Of a DNA stretch of 33,533 nucleotides, positions 23,180-31,808 are shown piece after piece; position 1 is the stretch's first letter, and every line of letters starts with the position of its first letter. The position numbers and the translations under genes were made by a program. The DNA is taken from assembly GCA_031258615.1 (NCBI GenBank), contig JAIRMP010000121.1:1-33533 (forward strand). Direction: 5' to 3'. The notes below the pieces were generated by a model. It was not told the origin of the DNA. It searched no databases and worked only from the letters and a program-made list of their open reading frames with translations. The DNA comes from Spirochaetaceae bacterium. Lineage in GTDB: Bacteria > Spirochaetota > Spirochaetia > Treponematales > Breznakiellaceae.

Positions 23180-24340
23180 ATGGCGGATAAACTTGATTGG
23201 TTGAATAAACATCTGGCAATGTTGCGGTATATCACGCTCATGGATGTTGTTGAAAAGGAAGGGTATAAGATCAGACCGGACCTTGCGGACTTTTTCGTGG
23301 GGGTCAACACTGTGGAGGAGATGGTTTTTAAGTTTGCGGGTATGGGCCGTTTTAAGTGCGCCTGTGAACTCATGGCCTACATCGCCCACCGGCGGGCGGC
23401 TGTGTGGTGGCTCTACCGCTGTATTCATTCCTTACTCGAAGAGTTAGCGGAGAATCCCGCGGTTGAACGGGACATTGCCGACATCGGCATCAGTTTTGAA
23501 CCAACCGTGCCGGATTTTGCCAAGGTGGAAACGCCCAAAGCGGACCCTGAAATGATCGCGTCTATGAAGGCAAAACTCGCGGATATGGAAGCGGATTATC
23601 AAAAGGCCAGGGCAGTGGCGGATCCCCAGATGCTCGGCCTTGTGGAGGAAGCGATGGAAGTCGCCTACCAGGAGTTTAAGAAGGTCCACGGCATTCACCC
23701 TCTGGACCTGATTAAAAAATTGGGAGAAAGGATGGAGGAGGATCCCCATCCCATCGATCCTGATTCCCCCCTTTTCAAGGCCGCGGACGAACTCAAGGCT
23801 AAGCTCCAAACGGTGCGGAAGGAAACGGTGGACACGATTAAGTCGGTGATCCCGCCCAAGGTGCCGGCGCACGAAAAAAAGGTACGGGATGACGCGCTTT
23901 CCGCCGTGTACCGCTGGGTTGCCGCCCCGGACGAGGAGAACAGCAAGGCCTGCCTTGACATAGGCAACGAATGTCCGGACACACCGGCGGGACTGCTTTC
24001 GCTCTCCGCTTTCTGGGCGTTCGGCAACCTGATGCCGGGCGGCAAGCAGGTAATCCCGGCTCCGCCCGGCCTTGCCGCCAACGGGCTGGTACAGACGCTC
24101 CTGATGTGCGCCCTCCACAAGGGCGGGACGCGGAAGGTAAAGGAACGCTACGAGGTCTACTTCAACCTAGGGGTGGAGGTGATGAGCGGCACGGACAACT
24201 GGGAAGAAGGCATTGTTACAGGCAGAGCGCCCCACGAAAATTTGAGCGCTCCGGCAAACGTCCCTCCGGCTGGTGGCGGCGCCCCGCGAGGCGATGGAAC
24301 GGCGTACAAACGCTGGAAGCCGGAAAGCCCGGGACCGTAA
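23180..24340 (+). CDS. Cassette 3 gene 3: 'MADKLDWL' family protein
   Basis: AAGGAG lies 8 nt upstream. The product is 386 aa and is a paralog of 16109-17290 and 19807-20946. Confidence 0.7.
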   Translation: MADKLDWLNKHLAMLRYITLMDVVEKEGYKIRPDLADFFVGVNTVEEMVFKFAGMGRFKCACELMAYIAHRRAAVWWLYRCIHSLLEELAENPAVERDIADIGISFEPTVPDFAKVETPKADPEMIASMKAKLADMEADYQKARAVADPQMLGLVEEAMEVAYQEFKKVHGIHPLDLIKKLGERMEEDPHPIDPDSPLFKAADELKAKLQTVRKETVDTIKSVIPPKVPAHEKKVRDDALSAVYRWVAAPDEENSKACLDIGNECPDTPAGLLSLSAFWAFGNLMPGGKQVIPAPPGLAANGLVQTLLMCALHKGGTRKVKERYEVYFNLGVEVMSGTDNWEEGIVTGRAPHENLSAPANVPPAGGGAPRGDGTAYKRWKPESPGP

Positions 24341-24345
24341 AAACT

Positions 24346-24918
24346 ATGGAAGTTGTTATGGCAAAGATATGGCGGCTGGCGCTGACTGCCGTTATCGCGG
24401 CGCTGACCCTTGTTGCCTGCGTTTCCAGCCGCCGCGTCGCGGTCGGGCTTTCACCCGATATGGAAATTCATTACACGATATACCCATCGATAGAATTTGA
24501 TGCGGCGGCGGTAACGGATGACGAGGCGACTCAGATAAAAAAGGCGGGAGTGGACGGGTACTTTTCACCGGATAATCCGCTGCGAAAACGGCTTAACCCG
24601 TTCACCGCTTACTTTGGCGAAGAAGCGACCGCGCCGCGCACACTGTACGCCCGCAGCGCGCTTTGGAGAACATGGCAGAATAAAAAGCCCACAAAAATGG
24701 TTTTCATAGCCGATCTGCCGCATTCGCCCAATATGCCGGAGGATGATCCAAGGCTGTTTTTTTTGGACATAAAAAAAAGGTTTCTTACCCCCGGTGCCGT
24801 GTATATCGAAATTGAACCGGACAAAATTGTCAGGGTCTATACAAAGCCCAAAGACCCGCGTTCAAACAGCTCCAAAAAATCCAAAGCAGGCGCCGGTGAA
24901 CCGCCCGGCAGCGGATGA
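24346..24918 (+). CDS. tssJ: Lipoprotein, probable TssJ (by position and lipobox)
   Basis: The signal peptide with lipobox is MEVVMAKIWRLALTAVIAALTLVAC (L-V-A-C); an alternative start is ATG 24358. At ~190 aa it is in the TssJ size range, and it sits immediately upstream of tssK-tssL-tssM. I recognise no sequence motif, so the call is positional. Confidence 0.55.
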   Translation: MEVVMAKIWRLALTAVIAALTLVACVSSRRVAVGLSPDMEIHYTIYPSIEFDAAAVTDDEATQIKKAGVDGYFSPDNPLRKRLNPFTAYFGEEATAPRTLYARSALWRTWQNKKPTKMVFIADLPHSPNMPEDDPRLFFLDIKKRFLTPGAVYIEIEPDKIVRVYTKPKDPRSNSSKKSKAGAGEPPGSG

Positions 24919-24948
24919 AAAACCGCCGGTATGATAAGGATATGAAGT

Positions 24949-26349
24949 ATGCGTTTTGAAGAATTTCCACATTGGAATGACGGGCAATTTTTGCAGCCCC
25001 ATCATTTTCAGTACCAGCAGCGTATAACCGCGGATTTTTGGCGGCTCAACCGCCGTTTTTATATGCAGTACCCTTACGGGCTCCTGGATTTTGAGGTTGA
25101 TTATGAAGCGCTTGATGAGGCGTACGTGTCGCTTAAGCGCTTTTCCGCCGTCATGGGCAACGGGTTGGAAGTTTCCATGCCCGGAAACTGCATAGTAAAA
25201 CCGCTGGATTTGAGCGCCGCCCTTAAAAACAACCCCGCCAAATTAACCGTGTACGCCGCTGTACCCGCCTGGTCCGAGTTGGAATCGAATTTGGCGGATG
25301 ACGATCACGCCATGGAAAAGAAACTCTATCTTACTCAAAAAAAGAGGGTACGCGATGAAAATACCGGAGATAACGAGATAGCGCTGATCACCCGGAAGTT
25401 GAACGTCCGCATGGTGACCGATCTTGACGATAACAAGGATATGCAGCTTTTGCCGCTGCTTAAACTCAATGTCGCCTCCCGCGAAATGACGCGGCACATA
25501 GTAAAATTGGATGAAAGCTACATCCCTCCGTTCATGATGCTGACAACCGACGATCCGCTGTTCAACATGACGACGAGTCTGATAACGGACATACGCCGCT
25601 GCCGGGACAAACTACAGAGTAATGTAAACGCGCTTAGCTCGTCATTTACCCTGCCCGCCGAGTCCGGTGATGAAGCCGCCACCTATTCCGGCGTCTTGAA
25701 CGAGGTCAGGGCTACGTTTTTAATGCGCGCGGTAAGTGTTTACTATGTGCGGCTGTACGCGCTTGTGGTCGATGGTTTTATAACCCCCTTTGAACTCTAT
25801 CTGGAGCTTTCTTCATTTTTGGCGGAACTGATGAGCGTAAATCCGTACAACGGCGTGAGAAATATAACCCACTACAACCATGACGACCGTATGCCGGTGT
25901 TTACCGAACTTTTTAAGGACATACGTTCATTCATCCGTAGCGAGGGCGGGGCGGGTTATGTCAGGCTCAATTTTACGCGGACGGACGCCGGCGGACTGTT
26001 TACCAATATCAAATCTGAAGATATTTCCGAGGACAGCGAATTGTACCTCACAGTGAAGACAGACGCCGATCCCGCGGCGGCTATACGCGCGCTGGAACAG
26101 GGGGATACCTTCAGGCTGATTAACCCTCAGGCGAAACATTTACGGATACGCGGCGTAAAACTGTCGGAAATGCGCTATCCGCCACGGTTTTTACCGGTAA
26201 TGGACTGGACGCTGTGGTTCAAGCTGGATATTGTCGAATCCGCGAGAGTTTGGCGGGCTATGTGTGAAGAAAAGGGCATGGTTATAGACTACGCCGAGGA
26301 GCTTTTTCCCGGTCTTGAGGCATCCTTATTTATAACCATCATGAAGTAA
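24949..26349 (+). CDS. tssK: T6SS baseplate protein TssK (ImpJ/VasE)
   Basis: 466 aa. The characteristic N-terminus is PHWNDGQFLQPHHFQYQQR. AAGGA RBS upstream. Confidence 0.85.
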   Translation: MRFEEFPHWNDGQFLQPHHFQYQQRITADFWRLNRRFYMQYPYGLLDFEVDYEALDEAYVSLKRFSAVMGNGLEVSMPGNCIVKPLDLSAALKNNPAKLTVYAAVPAWSELESNLADDDHAMEKKLYLTQKKRVRDENTGDNEIALITRKLNVRMVTDLDDNKDMQLLPLLKLNVASREMTRHIVKLDESYIPPFMMLTTDDPLFNMTTSLITDIRRCRDKLQSNVNALSSSFTLPAESGDEAATYSGVLNEVRATFLMRAVSVYYVRLYALVVDGFITPFELYLELSSFLAELMSVNPYNGVRNITHYNHDDRMPVFTELFKDIRSFIRSEGGAGYVRLNFTRTDAGGLFTNIKSEDISEDSELYLTVKTDADPAAAIRALEQGDTFRLINPQAKHLRIRGVKLSEMRYPPRFLPVMDWTLWFKLDIVESARVWRAMCEEKGMVIDYAEELFPGLEASLFITIMK

Positions 26350-26361
26350 AAAGGAGCGTAA

Positions 26362-27090
26362 ATGAAAGCCGCTAACAGTATTGAGACCTTGTGCCGCCCC
26401 GTGTTTACCTGCCTGTGCAATTACTGGCGCTTAAACGAGACGGGGAATCCGCCCGCAATGGAAAAATTCAGGGAGGACATAGAAAACGCCCTTGAAGACG
26501 CAAAGTATGCCGCCGCTTCCAGCCCCGTGCTTTCCCGTGATTACGGACGGGTAGAACTGCCGCTCGTATTCTTTATTGACTACATGGTAAAAGAAGGCAA
26601 TTTTCCGTTCAAGAATGAGTGGCGGGAACTGGCGAGAAACTATAACGAGCTTTCAGGCGACGAGAAATTCTTTAACCTGCTTGGAGGCGCGCTTGCCGCT
26701 CCCGATGCGGGAAACACTATACCCGTTTTTTATACTATGCTTGGATTGGGTTTTGACGGCGTTTACGCGAATGACAGCAAGTCTGTCGAAAGAATGATGA
26801 AAGAGTGCATGACGAAGATCAGCGGGGAATTCGATATATGCCATGAACCCATAGTCAATGTTGAAACGGAAAAACGTTTGGCGGGATCAAAAAAAAACAA
26901 GATGCCGTCTTATATACGTTCTCTGCGTCTGGCGCTGATTGGTTCGCTGATATTTATGGTAATCGCGTTTATAGTCAACTTTTTTGTATTTCTCGGCGCG
27001 ACATCCGAATTCCGCAAGAGCCTGTCCGAAGCGGCGGTTGCGGCGCGGGAATTTGAAATTCTGGGCGGCAGGGCGGCAAATGGGCGGTAG
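26362..27090 (+). CDS. tssL: T6SS membrane-complex protein TssL (DotU family), no peptidoglycan-binding extension
   Basis: 242 aa. The cytoplasmic DotU-like domain includes ELPLVFFIDYMV and FYTMLGLGFDG. A single C-terminal TM helix is LALIGSLIFMVIAFIVNFFVFLGA. AAAGGAG RBS upstream. Confidence 0.8.
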   Translation: MKAANSIETLCRPVFTCLCNYWRLNETGNPPAMEKFREDIENALEDAKYAAASSPVLSRDYGRVELPLVFFIDYMVKEGNFPFKNEWRELARNYNELSGDEKFFNLLGGALAAPDAGNTIPVFYTMLGLGFDGVYANDSKSVERMMKECMTKISGEFDICHEPIVNVETEKRLAGSKKNKMPSYIRSLRLALIGSLIFMVIAFIVNFFVFLGATSEFRKSLSEAAVAAREFEILGGRAANGR

Positions 27091-30000
27091 TATGACATCT
27101 TTTATTTCACGGATTGTCAATCTTGTCAGTACCAATACCCTGGCAAAAGTTATTTTTGTAATCGTTTTGCTTTTGATCGCGTTGGTGGTGATTCTCCCGC
27201 TGATACTCAAATTAAGGCGAAAGCGGATAAAAACAAAAGAAACGCAAAACCTTGTCCGCGACCTCATGGTATGGCGGCACGTCGCGCAGCTTGCGCAGGG
27301 CGGCGAGTCCCAGATCAAGGCAAAAAAAGACCTTTCGGATAACATTGTAAAGATAGACGAACTTTTGGATCAGGGATTTGAACTGGCGGTCGCGCATAAC
27401 AAGGGAATGTACGGCATACCCTGGTTCATGCTGCTCGGTGAGCCGCAATCCGGAAAATCATCCCTGCTGAAAGAAAGCGAATTGGACATGATTCCGTCCG
27501 CTGTTGAGGAAAAAACGGGACCGGGTATTGAAACAAAGAGTCTGCCTGTCAGAATGTGGCTTGGCGGAAAAGCGGTGGTATGCGATGTGAGCGGAGCCGT
27601 TTTCTTCGACCGCTGGCTTGGTGGAAGCAGCGCGGACTGGTCCCATATCGTAAAAGAATTCTGCCGCAGGCATTACCGCCTTCCGCTGAACGGCGTGATA
27701 CTTACCATACCCGCCGACGCGCTTTTGGCGGACAGCGGGGATTTGACGCGCAAAAAAGCGGTTCTCATGGCGAATGAACTCGCCTACCTGTTGAATTCAA
27801 GCGGTATGCGTCTTCCGTGCTATGTGATTGTTACAAAACTTGATACTGTAGAAGGCTTCAGGGAGTACGTTTACGGCGTTTCAGGCGATATGAGGCATCA
27901 GATACTCGGTTTTGACAACGATTCCCAGTTTTACGAGCCGGCAAAGTTCAAGGAACGCTGGGAAGCGTTAATCGAAAGGCTTAGGGCGGGCTATAAAAAA
28001 AATATGCTCTCCAGGGACATGATGATGCGCCTTTACAGCACGGCGAACCGCATGGAAGTAACCGGCAAAACATTTTCTTTCCCTGAAAATTTTGCGGATA
28101 TGTATGACAACCTCCATATCTACCTTGATACGCTGTTTAACGAGGATAATTTTCACGGGACCAAAGAAACTGTTTTTGACGGATTGTTTTTCGCTTCGGC
28201 GACAGATGCGGGAGTTTCGATCAGCCCCGGTATAGCGGCGCTGGCGGGGAAGGCCGCCGATGATTTTTATATAACGGGAAAAAAACCGGCGAAACCGCAG
28301 TCTTACTTTATAAGAAATACGCTGCAAAACTTTGTATTTAATCCTTCTCCCAGCGCGGGTTTTACCAGGGGAAAAGCTATAAGCCGCAGTATCCCGGCTT
28401 TCGCGCTGTGCGGAATCATCATTGCATTTGGATGTATATTTTTTTTCCCGGCCGTCGTTAGGAGCGGCGATTTTAAACTATCGTTATCTCCGATAGCGAA
28501 GTACTACACGTCTCTGGCCGCCTCCATGCGTGAGGGAACCCCCGGAAAAAATCCTGTGATCATCGAAAACGAAGGCGGATCCGGTTATATCATGAATAAC
28601 GATCCCTCCGAATCCTTGAACGGTATTTCTCCCGTACAATTTTACAACAACGCCGTATCCTACAGGAATACCAAACTTACTCCCGGCATGGGTTTTTTCC
28701 TTTCAGGTATGCTGGTGTTTCTTGAGCCTAACATGGGTCTGCGCGGCAGGCGTTTTATCACTAGTACGCTCTACGGCCCGCTCATCAGAACGCCCATGCT
28801 CAAAAATGTGGGCGCAAAATTTATTGATCAGAAAGACTCGCCGCCGGTTCTTGATCAGAGGCTGCGTTCCGTGATTCAATCCTTTGTCATGCTTGACGCG
28901 GGGGATAATTACGACTTAGGGCGGCTGTTCAGATCTAAACAGTATTCCACGGAGGCGATGATAAACTATGTCCTGCCTGACATATCCAACGATTCCCGGC
29001 TTCTCCTTGACAGCGAATACCACAGGCTTTTGGACAAAAACCTCACGTTTGCTTCTGAACGGGAGTACATATATTCCAGCGATTTTTTCGAGGCCAAAAT
29101 AGCGGCGCTTGAAATAATGCTTGCCGACTGGGGGGGCTTTTCCGTTTACCCCTATTTGCTTTACGGTAAATTAAAACAACTGGTAAATATTTCTCAAAAT
29201 ATTGTTACAAATTATTCACAAATAGAATACCTTTTGAGTACGGCGGACGGGGCTTCCACCCTGCGGGAAGTGCAGAATATGGTCGGCAGTTGGAAGAATT
29301 TAACGCGGACACAGAATGATCTCGTCTTGCGGGGCATAGAAATTTTTAAAGAAATTACCGAGCAGATGGAAAAACTAAAAATTCCCGTCGGGGTTCTTTC
29401 GTCAGACGCAACCAACGATCCGTTCGGGAATAACCTTATAAACGATTATATTTTTAACGATTTACTGGTTAGGCACGCTGTGGAAGAATATACCGAATTT
29501 TTCCGGAAAGACATGGAATTTGTTCTGGAGAACGGCGGCAGGCTTGACCCTGTTACAATGGGGTACATAAGCTCGCTGCAAAATAATTTTTCCGCTAATC
29601 TGGAAAAAGAAATTACCAGTTTAAGATCAAGCGCCCAGGCTCTTAAGACGAATGAACTTTTATCAGGTAAGCTGACAAAAGATGTCGGCGCCCCCTCGCT
29701 TTTTACTACTGTTGAAAAAATTCTAACCCTTGCGGACGCCGTGGATATACCGGACGCGAAAACGCTAAAAAACACCGCCGACCTGAATTGGATGAACGGT
29801 CAGTATGACATAATCAACGATTTTAATAATTTTGAAAACTATGTTAAGCCCTTAGCCGGCAATGATAAAGTTTCAAACCTTATAAACAACGCCCGTATCA
29901 TGCTTGCGGCGGAGGCGTACCTTAACCGCTATGTTGTTTTGAACTCCCAGTATGATTTTCTGTCAACTTCGCCTGAGCTTATAACGGCGATGATCTCATC

Positions 30001-31453
30001 CAGAGCGGGAGACGAGACGAATGATATTTTCTCTCTGTCCGGCAGGGCGATTCAAAGCGCCCTCGGATCCATGCCGTTTAACAGCGGCTATGATCCGGTC
30101 ATCGTAAAAAACCTGATAGACGGCATCGCCGCCTATAACGATCTGTTTTCACAGGGCATAAACCTGAAACCCACGCCTAAATTCCTGCAAAACCAGGATA
30201 GAAGCATCTACCAAACGGACGCTTTCAGCGCCTATCTGGACAAGTATATCAGCTACTGGGGAAATTATACGGATAACGTTTACGTTCCTGTTTCCGACTG
30301 GCAGGAGTACAGGATGCGGGTGAGTCAGAACAGACCTTATCAGGTAAACTCCGTGCTGCAAACTCTGTACACGGAATGTATAGGAATATTAAACGATATA
30401 AACGATATTGTCCTGTCAAGCGTTTTAAAAGAGCAAAAGACTTCCAGCGTTACATCACTTAACGACAAGATAAAACTGCTTTCCGCTTTTATGAGCGCTG
30501 ACGCGGACAGGATGCTTTCCGCGTGGGACAAACTGCCGCGGGATTCCGAACAGGCGTTCAGGCAGCTTAGAACGCTTGCGCCGGATGAAATAAAAAACAC
30601 GTATATGACGGTTTATTCCGATACGAGAAATATCAGCATAGGCTGGTGGAACGACTTTATTTTGGACGGCATAAATGTTCTGTCGAAAACATTTTGCCGG
30701 CGGAAACTGGACGATTTTGCCGAAAAATACGGCGGTTTTAAGGCGTTCCCGTTAATCTACGATGGTTCAAAATACTCAGCCCTCTCAACGGGCGCATTGG
30801 CCGATATAACCTCGCTGCTGGACGACATGGGAGCGGGCAGGCTTCTTTCACCGCCGTCCGATACCCCCGATGCTGTTGATGCTTTGTTGCATCCGGCGCT
30901 GTGGGGGGACGCCGCCTCGCGGAATTGGGCGCGGAATGTTTACAAAATCGCGGCGGCGGCTTCCAACGCCGCTCCCCCATTGACATGGACGCTGACCCAG
31001 CCGCCTATAGACTTGCAGAGCAGCCTCTCGGTAAGCGGGCGGCTGCCCGCGGTGAGCCGTTTTAGATATTTGGAAGTTTCCACTACCGGCAGAGCGCCGC
31101 ATTCATTCAATACCTATGTCAACGAGGAGCTTACCCTCGCGGCCGGCATGGCGGCGGATAGGGGCATCAACTTAAAGTTTTACAGGTCGTCCGCAGACAA
31201 AATCCCGCAGGCAACGGTTAACGTTGATGACCCGTGGTCTGTATTTGATTTTTATTTTAATAGAGATGTGATAACTACGGACTCAGGTTCATATTTTCCG
31301 GTATTCATAACCGATGACAGGGGACAGTACGCATACTTCATGGCGATTAAATTTAACCTTGATATTCCCAAGCCCGGCGACTGGTACAGTTCGTCTACCT
31401 GGCCCGACTTAAGGGTTACGGACGGCATGGTTTCCGCGGATCATTCCAGGTAG
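27080..31453 (+). CDS. tssM: T6SS membrane-complex protein TssM (IcmF family), 1457 aa
   Basis: The N-terminal TM helix is AKVIFVIVLLLIALVVILPLIL. The Walker A motif is LLGEPQSGKSSLL. A second TM helix (IPAFALCGIIIAFGCIFFFPAVV) is followed by a ~1000-aa domain. The start is ATG 27080 (11-nt overlap with tssL) or ATG 27092; the ORF-track start at 26984 lies inside tssL. Confidence 0.85.
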   Translation: MGGSMTSFISRIVNLVSTNTLAKVIFVIVLLLIALVVILPLILKLRRKRIKTKETQNLVRDLMVWRHVAQLAQGGESQIKAKKDLSDNIVKIDELLDQGFELAVAHNKGMYGIPWFMLLGEPQSGKSSLLKESELDMIPSAVEEKTGPGIETKSLPVRMWLGGKAVVCDVSGAVFFDRWLGGSSADWSHIVKEFCRRHYRLPLNGVILTIPADALLADSGDLTRKKAVLMANELAYLLNSSGMRLPCYVIVTKLDTVEGFREYVYGVSGDMRHQILGFDNDSQFYEPAKFKERWEALIERLRAGYKKNMLSRDMMMRLYSTANRMEVTGKTFSFPENFADMYDNLHIYLDTLFNEDNFHGTKETVFDGLFFASATDAGVSISPGIAALAGKAADDFYITGKKPAKPQSYFIRNTLQNFVFNPSPSAGFTRGKAISRSIPAFALCGIIIAFGCIFFFPAVVRSGDFKLSLSPIAKYYTSLAASMREGTPGKNPVIIENEGGSGYIMNNDPSESLNGISPVQFYNNAVSYRNTKLTPGMGFFLSGMLVFLEPNMGLRGRRFITSTLYGPLIRTPMLKNVGAKFIDQKDSPPVLDQRLRSVIQSFVMLDAGDNYDLGRLFRSKQYSTEAMINYVLPDISNDSRLLLDSEYHRLLDKNLTFASEREYIYSSDFFEAKIAALEIMLADWGGFSVYPYLLYGKLKQLVNISQNIVTNYSQIEYLLSTADGASTLREVQNMVGSWKNLTRTQNDLVLRGIEIFKEITEQMEKLKIPVGVLSSDATNDPFGNNLINDYIFNDLLVRHAVEEYTEFFRKDMEFVLENGGRLDPVTMGYISSLQNNFSANLEKEITSLRSSAQALKTNELLSGKLTKDVGAPSLFTTVEKILTLADAVDIPDAKTLKNTADLNWMNGQYDIINDFNNFENYVKPLAGNDKVSNLINNARIMLAAEAYLNRYVVLNSQYDFLSTSPELITAMISSRAGDETNDIFSLSGRAIQSALGSMPFNSGYDPVIVKNLIDGIAAYNDLFSQGINLKPTPKFLQNQDRSIYQTDAFSAYLDKYISYWGNYTDNVYVPVSDWQEYRMRVSQNRPYQVNSVLQTLYTECIGILNDINDIVLSSVLKEQKTSSVTSLNDKIKLLSAFMSADADRMLSAWDKLPRDSEQAFRQLRTLAPDEIKNTYMTVYSDTRNISIGWWNDFILDGINVLSKTFCRRKLDDFAEKYGGFKAFPLIYDGSKYSALSTGALADITSLLDDMGAGRLLSPPSDTPDAVDALLHPALWGDAASRNWARNVYKIAAAASNAAPPLTWTLTQPPIDLQSSLSVSGRLPAVSRFRYLEVSTTGRAPHSFNTYVNEELTLAAGMAADRGINLKFYRSSADKIPQATVNVDDPWSVFDFYFNRDVITTDSGSYFPVFITDDRGQYAYFMAIKFNLDIPKPGDWYSSSTWPDLRVTDGMVSADHSR

Positions 31454-31742
31454 GGGCGGCGGCTTCCCGTAAACCCGCGGGTCGCGCTAAAACGCTGTTT
31501 TGCAGAGTTTTTTTAGTTTTGCCGGCGGGGTAATTGCGGGGGCGCGTTTTTGGGCGGCTTGGAAAACGGCGCTGGCGGTTTGAAAGAATCTCGTAAGCGT
31601 CAAGAAGTTTTTGCATATACTCCCGCATACCCTCTCCGGCTATATCGGGATGATGGAGTTTTGCCTTTTCTCGAAACGCGCGTTTTATCTCGGCAATGGA
31701 AGCGTCTTCACTCACGCCAGGTATCTTGTACTGGTTGTCCAA
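31416..31742 (-). CDS. Small J-domain (DnaJ-like) protein
   Basis: TTG start at 31742-31740, preceded by GAGGA. The J-domain core is ASIAEIKRAFREKAKLHHPDIAG...LLDAYEILSN, including the HPD motif. The basic low-complexity tail overlaps the tssM 3' end by 38 nt, so the true stop and tail are less certain. Confidence 0.55.
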   Translation of the reverse strand: MDNQYKIPGVSEDASIAEIKRAFREKAKLHHPDIAGEGMREYMQKLLDAYEILSNRQRRFPSRPKTRPRNYPAGKTKKTLQNSVLARPAGLREAAAPTWNDPRKPCRP

Positions 31743-31808
31743 TTTGTTTCCTCACCTTTAAGCATACCCTAATCAGGCGACAGTGGACAACGAAGCCTGA
31801 AGCCGCCG

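Noticed and set aside
17391-24120. Minus-strand ORFs 17391-18146, 18092-18589, 19370-19804, 19819-20499, 21055-21939, 23444-24118 and 23695-24120, plus + strand alternative-frame ORFs 20598-21047 and the 23971-24345 part of the 315-aa ORF
   Set aside because: All overlap the cassette genes, whose frames are supported by three-way paralog conservation and by RBSs. The alternative frames give Arg/Gly/Pro-rich low-complexity products. The 23971 ORF is real only from ATG 24346 or 24358 onward (the lipoprotein).
26984-27079. The ORF-track start of tssM at 26984
   Set aside because: This stretch overlaps the 3' end of tssL in another frame and translates to an Arg-rich, non-TssM-like sequence. ATG 27080 or 27092, just before the N-terminal TM helix, is the more plausible start.
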